A DNA stretch of 64,000 nucleotides from an uncultured virus (IMG/VR IMGVR_UViG_3300034013_000894) (IMGVR_UViG_3300034013_000894); one strand, 5' to 3'. Counted from the stretch's first letter, positions 45,737 to 54,864 are shown. Notes: a model not told the origin generated them from the letters alone. Numbers and translations: made by a program.

Positions 45737-46168
45737 TCAGTCTTCCTTGTTCTTTGCAGCAGCTCGACGCATTTGTCCAGTCAAGATAGGGGGTGAACCG
45801 TTGGTGGGGTCAAGCCGATAGCCTTGGCCCCATACGGTGGCGATCAAACCGTCACCGCCAACGCCCGCCAGCTTGCGCCGAACCTTGCAGACAATGACGT
45901 CCACAATCTTGGGCTCTGGCGTTCCATCCGGGCGTTCAAAGACCGCCGTGTAAATGGACATCTTGCGAGCCATGGCTTCGCCACGCTTGACGATGAACAG
46001 CAGCGTTTGGAACTCGCGGCCGGTCATGCGAACCGTCTGGCCGCGCCATTCGGCTGTCTGGAAGCCGGGGCGAAGCACAAGCTCCCCACGCACCACCGGA
46101 GAGTCGTCCGCGTGCTCAATGAGCTGGCCGCATTCGCAGCACTTCTCGGGTAGGCGCCCTTCAATCAT
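45737..46168 (-). CDS. OmpR/PhoB-type winged-helix protein, CtrA-like, lacking a receiver domain
   Basis: V.MTGREFQ.L...PEPKIVDVIVCKVRRKLA......IATVWGQGY.L; N-terminal CxxC. Confidence 0.8.
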   Translation of the reverse strand: MIEGRLPEKCCECGQLIEHADDSPVVRGELVLRPGFQTAEWRGQTVRMTGREFQTLLFIVKRGEAMARKMSIYTAVFERPDGTPEPKIVDVIVCKVRRKLAGVGGDGLIATVWGQGYRLDPTNGSPPILTGQMRRAAAKNKED

Positions 46169-46350
46169 TGATAAATCTCCTCATCACGCCAGCGAGCACC
46201 GCACGCTACCGCATGGTTATAGGCGCCCTCGGCCGTTTCATGTGGGCCGACAAACGCCAGGTGTGTCCGTGACAGATACCACCAGGTTCCGTCAACCTGA
46301 AGGCGGAGACGCACTCGCGAGCGCCCCCGACCTTCGTTGCCAATGGCCAT
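46165..46350 (-). CDS. hypothetical protein
   Basis: Translationally coupled 61-aa ORF. Confidence 0.5.
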   Translation of the reverse strand: MAIGNEGRGRSRVRLRLQVDGTWWYLSRTHLAFVGPHETAEGAYNHAVACGARWRDEEIYQ

Positions 46351-46757
46351 CAGCCCTGGAAGGAGCCGAGCGTTGCCTCCAGCCCCTCGATCCGCTTGAC
46401 CAGCTCACCGATCGCCGGATAGCGTTCCGCCAGCAGACGACGCTGCTCGGCGATGGCCACCTTTTCGAGCTCGATCGAGAGCTGGGTATTGAGGTCACAC
46501 AGTTCCGCTTCGGCCTCGATACGCGCCAGGTAGCGCGAGCGATCGACCTTCGAGATGATCCACTTGGTAGCATTGCGAATGCCGCCGGTCGGGTTGAGCG
46601 AGCGCACCGTCACCAGCGCCGTGCCATACGGGGTATCCACCACGCACTGGTCGCCGACAGCCAGGTTCAGGTCGGTCTTGTAGTGGTAATGCTTGCCCTT
46701 CGAGCTATAGCCAGGATAGCCATTGTGGTTATCGAAAGTCACTGCAACAATGTTCAT
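46350..46757 (-). CDS. hypothetical phage protein (PSP1-like N-terminus)
   Basis: K.Y.Y.TDL.L.VGD..VVDT..G and ATKWII.KVD; AAGGAG RBS. Confidence 0.65.
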   Translation of the reverse strand: MNIVAVTFDNHNGYPGYSSKGKHYHYKTDLNLAVGDQCVVDTPYGTALVTVRSLNPTGGIRNATKWIISKVDRSRYLARIEAEAELCDLNTQLSIELEKVAIAEQRRLLAERYPAIGELVKRIEGLEATLGSFQG

Positions 46758-46788
46758 CTTCAGTCTCCTTATTGTTCAGAACCCAAAT

Positions 46789-46849
46789 GCCTGAGAAGAG
46801 GAGTAGGTTTGCTGGCACTGCGCCAGCAAACCCACTTTTCTCCTCAGGC
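46789..46849 (-). other. long intergenic hairpin (RNase III-like processing site?)
   Basis: GCCTGAGGAGA-aa-AGTGGGTTTGCTGGC...GCCAGCAAACCTACT-cc-TCTTCTCAGGC, with G-U pairs on the minus strand. Confidence 0.45.
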
Positions 46850-46873
46850 CCGCCTTGCGACGGACCCTTGGGC

Positions 46874-47131
46874 TCAATCGATGATGAGCTTGCAATCGAT
46901 GATGAGCTTGGCCAGGTTGCTGCGAATGCGCCTGGCATCCACCGCTTCCTTGGTCGCCGCAGCGGCCTGAGCCTGCAGGTCCTCGATCATGTGTTCGAGG
47001 CCCACGCGCTTCTCATTCTGATTGCACTCGGCCGCTTCCAGGCGGTCGACCGCCTTACACAGCGCCTTCACTGCGCTCTCAACCGTGGCGGCCGGAAGCA
47101 GGAAGGCGATGATGCGGGTAATCAATTTCAT
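46874..47131 (-). CDS. hypothetical coiled-coil protein
   Basis: AGGAG RBS; 85 aa. Confidence 0.6.
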   Translation of the reverse strand: MKLITRIIAFLLPAATVESAVKALCKAVDRLEAAECNQNEKRVGLEHMIEDLQAQAAAATKEAVDARRIRSNLAKLIIDCKLIID

Positions 47132-47169
47132 TACGTCTTTCTCCTGTCAGGGCGAGCGCGGTGGGTCGG

Positions 47170-47550
47170 TTAGGCCTTGGCCGCGCCGACAGCCTCCATG
47201 ATCGCGGGGAAGTGCTTGGGGTCGACCTCAGTGAGGGCTTCCTTGCCACCATGAGTCTTGAGCACCTCGAGCATTGCCGGGGCGCCTTCGATCGCACGGT
47301 ATTCCTTCAGCGCCGCACGAACTTCATCGATCGTGTAAGTCGGGCCTTCCGGCTCGGCAGGCGCTTCAGGTTCAGCAGGCTTTTCAGCAAGCTTGGTCGC
47401 CGGCTTATCCGCCGACTTGGTTGCCGGCTTATCCGCCGACTTGTCGGCTGCCGGGGCAACAAAGCCTCCGCCGCCGTTAGCTGCGATGCCCTCGAGGGCC
47501 TTTGCAATCCGCTCCTGGTTGGCCAGGTGCTGTTTCATAAACTCGTCCAC
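47170..47550 (-). CDS. replication-module protein with Ala/Pro/Lys linker
   Basis: GTG 47550 behind AGGAGG; KSADKPAT repeats; C-terminal T.DEVRAAL...L...G...L..V...F..I domain usually found beside DUF2800. Confidence 0.65.
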   Translation of the reverse strand: MDEFMKQHLANQERIAKALEGIAANGGGGFVAPAADKSADKPATKSADKPATKLAEKPAEPEAPAEPEGPTYTIDEVRAALKEYRAIEGAPAMLEVLKTHGGKEALTEVDPKHFPAIMEAVGAAKA

Positions 47551-47731
47551 TCGATGTTGCCTCCTTCTTAGCTTGGGGTGTTTCGCTCTAGTTTGGGTCT
47601 TATGCTCGGCCCTTTTAGACTTGAGCGCCGTCGTTAACCAACCCATTAACTTTACCGGCCACGTCCCTCGACGGTCCCGTGCATGAGGCGCTCCGGATTA
47701 GGAGCGTAGCTCCACCAAGGAGGCAGAGTAA

Positions 47732-48068
47732 AGTGGCGTTCAAGAGGTCTGCTGAAAAACGACGCCCACCAGGGATACGTCAACAAATCAAGGTGACTCT
47801 TGCACCCGCGGACCTCGAGCGAGTGGAGGCCTATTGCATGCGGAGGGCTACTGCTCCGCCCTATGAGGACCTCAAACCTTCGGTGGTGGCAAAGAGGGCT
47901 GTGCTTTATTATCTGGCACTGCTTGAAGCGGAAGAGGCGCTGCTACCAAACCGGCGCGCCCGTCCTGCCTGTGTATACGCATCCTCGAATGGCATCAATT
48001 GGTGCCCGGAGCATGACGTGCGGTGGGAAGATGGGGACGAAGTTCCCGAGACATGTAGGGGTGATTGA
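47732..48068 (+). CDS. putative ribbon-helix-helix-like regulator
   Basis: GTG behind AAGGAGG (ORF track starts at 47679); IKVTLAPADLERVEAY...SVVAKRAV pattern; first gene of the divergent unit. Confidence 0.5.
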
Positions 48069-50506
48069 TGAAGAGTAAGTGGGATCATAGGCCAGACCAA
48101 TTGGCCGCGTTCAGGGCTGGCGGTTATGAGCTGGTGCCTCTCAACGCGGTTGAGGCGCGCGACGCCCGCGGACGCCTTATTGGTAAGGCCCCCATGGGTT
48201 CCAAGTGGCGACTACTGCCAGCACTCACTGTTGACGAAGCCAAGGAGCACATGCACGATGGTAAGAACGTGGGCGTTCGCCTGCGTCCTGAAGACCTTGT
48301 GCTTGACGCTGACCCTCGCAATTATGCCGAGGGCGATGACCCGCTTACTCGATTGGCCAAAGACCTCGACATAGACTTAGATAATTATCCACGGGTCGTC
48401 ACGGGTTCAGGTGGCTTCCATATCTACATGAAGAAGCCTGCAGATGCGTTGCTGCGGGATACCCTTGAGGCCTATCCTGGTCTTGAGTTCAAGGCACACG
48501 GGCGTCAGGTTGTTGCGCCGGGCTCTGTGCACCCTGGCGATGACAAGTCTGGCCTTAAGGCCGGCGGGCAATATCGTTGGGACGACGACGTCCTTGCTAC
48601 TCCGCTAAGTATGGTAAGTGCTGCACCTGATGCACTCATTGAGCTTGCACGTCGTCCTGGCCGTGTTGCCGCGGTGGACGCCGGCAACCGTTCGCCCGAA
48701 GAGCTTGAGCGAATGTTGGACGGGCTCGACCCGACCCAATTCCGCGAGCATTCAGCTTGGTTCGAAATGATGTGTGCTTGCCACCATGCGACGGGTGGTG
48801 AAGGCCGCGATGAGTTCATTGCATGGTCCACGGGCGACCCAGAGTTTTCAGGTGAAGGCTGGGTTATTGGCCGCCGCTGGGATACCTTGCATGCCGATCA
48901 GACTGGCCGGCGTGTTACAGAGAAGACCCTGTTCAAGGCACTGGTCGATCAGGGCCGTGCGGACCTCCTGCCTCGTGAAGCCGCAGCTGATGACTTCGAG
49001 GACGTCGAGGAAGTGCAGGCCGGTAGCGACGGGGATGAAGATCTGCTTCTCCAATCCGACGATGCTACGGGTGACCCCATGGTCTCTGCTCTCGAGCGGA
49101 TGAACGCCAAGGGCTACTGCGCTGTGAACGAGAATGGCCAGTTTCGCATCTATCGCCAGCGTAAAGACTGGGGCATGGTGACGCCGGATACCCCTGAGGC
49201 CCGCGAGTATTGGGAGACAAGCCGCAAGGGTGACTTCCTCGACTTCCTCTCCAATCACCGCGTCCAGAAGGGCGAAAAGACTGTGGCTCTAGCCAGTGAG
49301 TGGCTTACATGGGGTGGGCGCACTACCTACGACGGCGTGGCTTTTGACCCTGGCAATCGTATCCCTAAGTCCGCTAAAGTTCTCAACCTGTGGACCGACT
49401 GGGCTGTCGAGCCAAAGCAAGGTGACTGGTCTCTGCTGGACACTCTCTTGCTCGAAGGCCTGTGTGATGGCAACCGCGAGTTCTATGAGTATGTGCTCGA
49501 CTGGTCTGCATTCATGATCCAGCACCCGGACCAGCAGGCTGAAGTCGCACTGGTCTTCAAGGGTCAGAAGGGCACAGGCAAGGGCACATTCCTCCGAGCA
49601 CTTTACAAGCTTGCTGGTCGACATGGCCTGCATATCTCAAGTCAACAACACTTCACCAATCACTTCAACGCCCACTTGCGAGACTGTATCTTGCTGTTCG
49701 CGGACGAAGCGATGTGGGCCGGTGACAAGAAGGCGGAAGGCACTCTCAAGGCCCTCATCACTGAGCCGACGATTGTCATCGAAGCCAAAGGCAAGGACGT
49801 GGTCACGGCTAGGAACTACCTGCACGTGGTCATGGCATCGAACGAGGATTGGGTGATCCCTGCGTCCATGGACGATGAACGCCGCTTTGCCGTGAGTGAG
49901 GTCAATACCAAGTTCCGAGGCAACAAGGCATTCTTTGCAGCCCTCCACGAGCAGCTTGAGAATGGTGGATTGCAGGGCTTGCTCTTTGATTTGAAACGTC
50001 GCAAGCTCGCCGGCTTCCACCCGCGTGCACGTATCCCGCAGACCTCCGCCCTTGCCAAGCAGAAGCTGCAGAGCCTGGACAACCTCGATGCCTGGTGGTA
50101 TGAAAGCCTGAGCCGTGGTAACCTTGGTGATGTGGACCCTGCTGTCGGTGAGTGGGACAGCAAGGACGGCACGGGCATTTGCGTGTTCTTCACTGAAGAC
50201 CTGCAACGTGGTCTGGAAGAATATCTCCGCAAGCTCGGTGACCGCCACCTGGCTCGCCGTTCGACCCAAACGGTCATTGGTGATCGCTTGAAGAAGCGTC
50301 TCGGGTCGAGTGTCCGGCATGTCCGCCTGGCTGTGCCGTCCGATAGGATGGACATCAAGGCGGATAGCTCCGGCCGGGCTTATGGCTACAAGATACCGAG
50401 CCTGCAAGAATGCCGCGCCATGTTCGAAAGCCAGCTGGGCTCGAAGCTTCCTTGGACCATAGATGCGGAGGACATTGACCCCGTGCTGGACGTGGAGGAA
50501 CTCTGA
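48065..50506 (+). CDS. primase-polymerase / PriCT-2 / SF3 helicase
   Basis: NVG..., LDAD, TGSGG.H.Y, VVAPGS.H; W..WS; Walker A GQKGTGKG, Walker B LFADE, ASN, RRF. Confidence 0.9.
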   Translation: MMKSKWDHRPDQLAAFRAGGYELVPLNAVEARDARGRLIGKAPMGSKWRLLPALTVDEAKEHMHDGKNVGVRLRPEDLVLDADPRNYAEGDDPLTRLAKDLDIDLDNYPRVVTGSGGFHIYMKKPADALLRDTLEAYPGLEFKAHGRQVVAPGSVHPGDDKSGLKAGGQYRWDDDVLATPLSMVSAAPDALIELARRPGRVAAVDAGNRSPEELERMLDGLDPTQFREHSAWFEMMCACHHATGGEGRDEFIAWSTGDPEFSGEGWVIGRRWDTLHADQTGRRVTEKTLFKALVDQGRADLLPREAAADDFEDVEEVQAGSDGDEDLLLQSDDATGDPMVSALERMNAKGYCAVNENGQFRIYRQRKDWGMVTPDTPEAREYWETSRKGDFLDFLSNHRVQKGEKTVALASEWLTWGGRTTYDGVAFDPGNRIPKSAKVLNLWTDWAVEPKQGDWSLLDTLLLEGLCDGNREFYEYVLDWSAFMIQHPDQQAEVALVFKGQKGTGKGTFLRALYKLAGRHGLHISSQQHFTNHFNAHLRDCILLFADEAMWAGDKKAEGTLKALITEPTIVIEAKGKDVVTARNYLHVVMASNEDWVIPASMDDERRFAVSEVNTKFRGNKAFFAALHEQLENGGLQGLLFDLKRRKLAGFHPRARIPQTSALAKQKLQSLDNLDAWWYESLSRGNLGDVDPAVGEWDSKDGTGICVFFTEDLQRGLEEYLRKLGDRHLARRSTQTVIGDRLKKRLGSSVRHVRLAVPSDRMDIKADSSGRAYGYKIPSLQECRAMFESQLGSKLPWTIDAEDIDPVLDVEEL

Positions 50507-50552
50507 TGCGCTGGCTATGGCGAGTGTTCTGGCGCTGCATGGGCCACGGCGA

Positions 50553-50912
50553 ATGGTGAAGCATGGCTGCTTCCCCTATCTGGAGTGCAGCAGCCGAGGA
50601 GACACCCGCTTCAGTCCATTCTTTGCAAGGATCAAGGCCCGCGGAGATGCCTCAATTGAGGAGCTCTATCAGGGCGCCAAGGTCTTTAAGGGCGGGGCGA
50701 CAGGTCAACACTGGCGCAAAGCCAAGGGACGACGCGCCATCAACCAGGATGAGTGTGACGTGCTTTACCGTCAGCTGTGGGATGAATACATAGCTGAGAA
50801 CCCTGAGCTGCTCAAGGTTCTGCTTGCGGCTACTGGCGTGTCTGATGGATTTGGTAAGCCTGGTGATAACTGCCAGGCTAATGAGCTGTGGGCTATAAGG
50901 GCATTGGCATGA
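50553..50912 (+). CDS. NADAR-like (DarT1-associated antitoxin-like) protein
   Basis: LECSS.GD.RFS.F.A...SIEE.YQ..KVF...W...KG...LW..Y..ENP.L...D.F...CQA; start uncertain (50517 or 50553). Confidence 0.6.
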   Translation: MVKHGCFPYLECSSRGDTRFSPFFARIKARGDASIEELYQGAKVFKGGATGQHWRKAKGRRAINQDECDVLYRQLWDEYIAENPELLKVLLAATGVSDGFGKPGDNCQANELWAIRALA

Positions 50913-51433
50913 AAGCGACGATCATTGTTGGAGAGCCCTGCACGGGCAAGAGCACTCTCATGAAGGCTTTCCTAGCCTCGGGTGATTTCCACTATCGCAA
51001 TGACCAGCGCTTGCCTCGTCACGAGGACCCTCTCGACGGAGTTGTGGTATTCGGTCGCTATGACGAGGAGCACCAGTTCCCCGGCACCGATCGATTGTCC
51101 ATGAGCATCAAGCCCATAGCCATGGAACATGCCTGGGTCTACGGCCACAAAGGGTGGCATGTTGTGTGGGAGGGTGCCCGGCTTGGCCATGGCAAGACCA
51201 TCCGCGAAATGCAAGATATGGGCTTTGATGTGCGCCTAGGGGTCACCATAACGGATGGCCCGGAGCTTATGACCCGACGCGCACTCGAGCGGTCTCAGCC
51301 CGAGGCGATGTTAAAGCGCCAAGGAACAGCTGTGAAGAACCTGGTAGAGCAATTTGCCTCTATCGTGACGCTGCTCCGGTGCGATACTTTGGACGATATT
51401 GCTCGTAATGTGGAGTGGATGCGTGGCACGTGA
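50909..51433 (+). CDS. P-loop nucleotide kinase (type associated with phage base hypermodification)
   Basis: GEPCTGKST, G.Y.....F.GTDRLSM, EG.RL. Confidence 0.65.
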   Translation: MKATIIVGEPCTGKSTLMKAFLASGDFHYRNDQRLPRHEDPLDGVVVFGRYDEEHQFPGTDRLSMSIKPIAMEHAWVYGHKGWHVVWEGARLGHGKTIREMQDMGFDVRLGVTITDGPELMTRRALERSQPEAMLKRQGTAVKNLVEQFASIVTLLRCDTLDDIARNVEWMRGT

Positions 51434-51836
51434 TCTTGAAGCGGCCCGCATAGCTTGTCGTAAGTGGCGGGCCAACAACCCTGATACTGCTAAAGCCGCT
51501 TCTCGCAAAGGAGATAAGCGTTGGCGAGCTAATAATCCAGTAAAGAGCTTATATCGGGGCCTCGTTTCAAGTTCAAGGAAGCGGGGTCATATACTATTGC
51601 TGACTTTGGATCAACTCACCGAACTAGTTGCACCCATGCGTTGCGCCATGACGGATCGCTCGCTTATCTGGGGCGCTGGTGATTGGGCTCCTTCGATAGA
51701 CCGCATAGATAACTCAAAGGGTTACGAGCTCGGTAATGTCCGGCTAGTAGCCTGGATCATCAACCGAGCTCGCAATGACGGAACTGATGAGGCCCTGCTT
51801 GATATGGCTAGGGCCTTAGTAGCCAAGCACGGCTAG
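51399..51836 (+). CDS. HNH-like endonuclease
   Basis: C..T...PSIDRIDNSKGY..GNV.LV...N; WRANNP repeated twice; start probably GTG 51423. Confidence 0.75.
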   Translation: MLVMWSGCVARDLEAARIACRKWRANNPDTAKAASRKGDKRWRANNPVKSLYRGLVSSSRKRGHILLLTLDQLTELVAPMRCAMTDRSLIWGAGDWAPSIDRIDNSKGYELGNVRLVAWIINRARNDGTDEALLDMARALVAKHG

Positions 51837-52990
51837 TCTGTCCTTCCGTCTTTGCCATGCCAATCAATAGCCACGGCTACCCGCGGCACGGCCCCTTCGG
51901 GTGGAGGCATGTAACGCACAGTGGCGCTTTCATACTCGCACTCGCCGAGAACCCAATCGTCGAAAAGCTTCTTGCAGAACCCGTCGCGATCGCCACGAAG
52001 ACCTGAGCCGAACTCGCGGCCATCATGCCACTCGAACACGATGCGCTTGGCCCTGCCCTTCCAGTCGCCTTCGCCTTCTTCGATCCGCTTGATGCGGAAC
52101 TCCGCAGTCTCGAACTGCTTGCGCTTGAGCAGGTCCCACGGCCGTTTGCCGTATTGGTAGAGGGCTGACTTGCGTCGATACATCATCCCCTCATACCCTT
52201 CCTGCAGCCAGCGCTCATAGAGCTCGTCTGCCCGCTCCTCGCTCGAGCAGTCCCAGGTATCCACATAGAAGAGCAAGGGATGGACCTCATGGACCAGCTC
52301 TACCAGCTCACGTGCCCGCTCGTCTTGTTCTCCGGGATGGCTCGGCATGTCATAGACGTGATACTGCATGACAGAGTGCGCCATGGACAGTTCCTCGACT
52401 GTCGGAGGGGTCTTGGCATTCATCCCCTTCCGGATCAGCCCCGAGAGCTCATTGAACCGATCGTGGAACTCATGGTTGTAGAGCTCGCCGTCGAGCACCA
52501 GGTCCGGGTTGGCCTCGAACAGGGAGCGCAAAGCTTCCTCAATCGGGCCGGTGGTCAGGAACTTCTCCCCGCTGCGGGAGAAGCATCCGTCGGCCTTGGC
52601 CAAGCATCGAATGCCATCGAGCTTGGGCTGGAGTATCCATTCCCACGGCATGCCGAACTTCTTGCCAATCTTGTCCCACCCCTTGGCAAGCATGGGCTCA
52701 AGGTGCCGAGGTCCGGCCATGGCCTCGACCTGGCTGTCGAAATAGTCCGTCTTGAGCTTGTGCTTGTAGAGGGCTTCAACCTCGGAGGCGCATTGCTCTG
52801 AAGGGGACCGCAAGGTGTTGCCCTGCACATTCACCCACCCGGTTGTGACGGTCGCGCCGCCAAGAACCCCGTGATGCACACGATAGCGGGCGTTGACGCA
52901 TTCGCGCTCCACCTGCCAAGTCCGCATGCTTCCGTTCGCGTCCTTTTTGAAGAGGACCTTCATCATGGCCACTGTCATGTCTTCCATCAT
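51833..52990 (-). CDS. ATP-dependent DNA ligase
   Basis: PMLA, QPKLDGIRC, LDGELY, YDM, GYEG.M.R, LLK.K. Confidence 0.92.
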   Translation of the reverse strand: MMEDMTVAMMKVLFKKDANGSMRTWQVERECVNARYRVHHGVLGGATVTTGWVNVQGNTLRSPSEQCASEVEALYKHKLKTDYFDSQVEAMAGPRHLEPMLAKGWDKIGKKFGMPWEWILQPKLDGIRCLAKADGCFSRSGEKFLTTGPIEEALRSLFEANPDLVLDGELYNHEFHDRFNELSGLIRKGMNAKTPPTVEELSMAHSVMQYHVYDMPSHPGEQDERARELVELVHEVHPLLFYVDTWDCSSEERADELYERWLQEGYEGMMYRRKSALYQYGKRPWDLLKRKQFETAEFRIKRIEEGEGDWKGRAKRIVFEWHDGREFGSGLRGDRDGFCKKLFDDWVLGECEYESATVRYMPPPEGAVPRVAVAIDWHGKDGRTD

Positions 52991-54216
52991 CCTTTCACGC
53001 ATACAACCTGGCGGAGCTCATAGACCACCTCGACGAGGTCAGCCTGTGCAGCCATAACGGCGTCGATCGACTTGTAGGCTGCGGGCGTCTCATCGATGAC
53101 GTCCTCATCCTTGCGGCACTCGACCCCTTCAGTGGCCGCAATATGGTCTTCCAGCGTGAACCGCTTGCGCGCTTCATTGCGGGACATTGCTCGGCCTGCA
53201 CCATGGGAGCACGAGCAGAAGCTCTCACGGTTGCCCTTGCCGCGGACGATGAAGGATCGAGCGCCCATGCTGCCGGGTATGATGCCAAGCTCGCCCTCCT
53301 TTGCGGACACCGCACCCTTGCGCGTCACAAGCACATCTGCTCCGAAGTGCCGCTCGTGAGACACGTAGTTGTGGTGACAGTTCACCGCTTCCTCGTCAAC
53401 GGAGAAGGGCTTGGGCACGGCCTTGGCCAAGGCACTCATGGCCGCCCGCATCATGACTTCACGATTGGTGCGGGCAAAGCGTTGTGCCCACGCTACCGCC
53501 TCCATGTAGTCGGCAAAGTGCTCAGTGCCTTCAGGCAGGTAGGCCAGGTCAGCGTCGGGCAGGTTCACAAACCACTTGCGCATATCCTGCTTCGCCAGTT
53601 CGATGAAGTAGGACCCAATGCGGTTGCCAATACCGCGCGAACCAGAGTGCAGCATTATCCACACACGATCCTGCTTATCCAGGCATACCTCGACGAAGTG
53701 ATTGCCCGTGCCAAGGGTGCCGAGATGGTGGACCGCTCGGTCCGCCGCCCGCTCGATCTTGGGATGCTTGTCGACAATCCGTCGAAGGCCAGAGTGGAGG
53801 CTGGGGACACCACCAGTGAAGAGCCAGTTGCTTTCAGCCGGAAGCTCGCCCCAAGCCCCCCGGTCATTTCGCCCACCATTGTCAGTCCGACCATGCGGAA
53901 TGGCCTCCTCGATTGCCGTCCGCAAGCCGGACAGGTTGTCAGGGAGGTCCGAGGCCGTGAGACTGGTGCGATGAGCCATCATGCCGCAGCCAATATCGAC
54001 GCCAACGGCTGCCGGGATGATCGCCCCTTTGGTGGGGATAACCGAGCCGACCGTAGCACCCATACCCCAATGCACATCAGGCATGATGGCCACGTGCTTG
54101 TGGATAAAGGGCATGCTCGCGATATTGTCAAGCTGCTGCCGAGCCTGGTCTTCAACGGGCACTCCGTCGACCCAGGCCTTTATGAGCCCACCCTGGGCCC
54201 CTTCAAATACTTGCAT
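52987..54216 (-). CDS. rtcB: RtcB RNA 2',3'-cyclic phosphate/5'-OH ligase
   Basis: MPDVH.G.G..VG, VGVDIGCG, LGTLG.GNHF.E, HSGSRG, HHNY, RKGA, PGSMG, SHGAGR, DE.P.AYK. Confidence 0.96.
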   Translation of the reverse strand: MQVFEGAQGGLIKAWVDGVPVEDQARQQLDNIASMPFIHKHVAIMPDVHWGMGATVGSVIPTKGAIIPAAVGVDIGCGMMAHRTSLTASDLPDNLSGLRTAIEEAIPHGRTDNGGRNDRGAWGELPAESNWLFTGGVPSLHSGLRRIVDKHPKIERAADRAVHHLGTLGTGNHFVEVCLDKQDRVWIMLHSGSRGIGNRIGSYFIELAKQDMRKWFVNLPDADLAYLPEGTEHFADYMEAVAWAQRFARTNREVMMRAAMSALAKAVPKPFSVDEEAVNCHHNYVSHERHFGADVLVTRKGAVSAKEGELGIIPGSMGARSFIVRGKGNRESFCSCSHGAGRAMSRNEARKRFTLEDHIAATEGVECRKDEDVIDETPAAYKSIDAVMAAQADLVEVVYELRQVVCVKG

Positions 54217-54230
54217 TGTCTCGTCTCCTT

Positions 54231-54770
54231 TCAGTTGCTCAAGGCCCAGCCCGGAGGCGAAGCAGGGAAAGCCCAGCGCGGACGCAAATGCACACGCGGG
54301 TCACGTTGCTGGATTTCCCAGCGAGTGGTGAGGTAGAGGCGGTAAGCCAGATGTGGGTCAGCAATATGGCGGAAGTCAACATTGTCACGTTGCTGGCGAG
54401 TAGCATTGACGAAGTCAGTTGCAAGGGTATAGTCACCGCCAAGCAGACCAGAGATGCGACGACAATTGGCCAGCACATCGCGGGTGCGGATAAACTTGCC
54501 GACGGACAGCTCACGCCGATCGAGTTCAGTTTCAAGTGCCAAGCCGTGCTGGCAAAGCCAGGCAAAGGCATCAGGCTGCATGGCCCACGTCCAGAGCGCA
54601 CGGCCTTGGTTGACGCTTTTGTAAAGATCGCAAACGCTGTCATCAAGGCCTAAAGCCCGGGCTGCTGTGGAAAGTAGCTGTGCCGTTTCGGTCAGCATTT
54701 TGCGGACACGAGCATCATCAAGGATGCGTGCGCATTCAGCAGGGTCGGTGTTGGTGGCAAATATCTGCAT
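54231..54770 (-). CDS. pyrimidine-dimer glycosylase/DenV-like family protein
   Basis: M.IF....DP..CA..LDD.RV.KM..ETAQLLSTA; AYR.Y; C-terminal W...PP.W. Confidence 0.6.
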   Translation of the reverse strand: MQIFATNTDPAECARILDDARVRKMLTETAQLLSTAARALGLDDSVCDLYKSVNQGRALWTWAMQPDAFAWLCQHGLALETELDRRELSVGKFIRTRDVLANCRRISGLLGGDYTLATDFVNATRQQRDNVDFRHIADPHLAYRLYLTTRWEIQQRDPRVHLRPRWAFPASPPGWALSN

Positions 54771-54805
54771 GTGTTGGAGGCTCCCGTCTCGCTTCAAGAT
54801 AGTTC

Positions 54806-54834
54806 ATTATACCATCCTTTCAAACAAAAGTAAA
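54806..54834 (-). promoter_or_regulatory. sigma70-type promoter
   Basis: TTTACT-N17-TATAAT with extended TG. Confidence 0.75.
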
Positions 54835-54864
54835 TGGCCCTTGGTCAAAAACCAAGAGCCATTT
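54826..54864 (-). terminator. terminator overlapping the downstream promoter
   Basis: AAATGGCTCTTGGT...ACCAAGGGCCATTT-ACTTTT. Confidence 0.55.
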
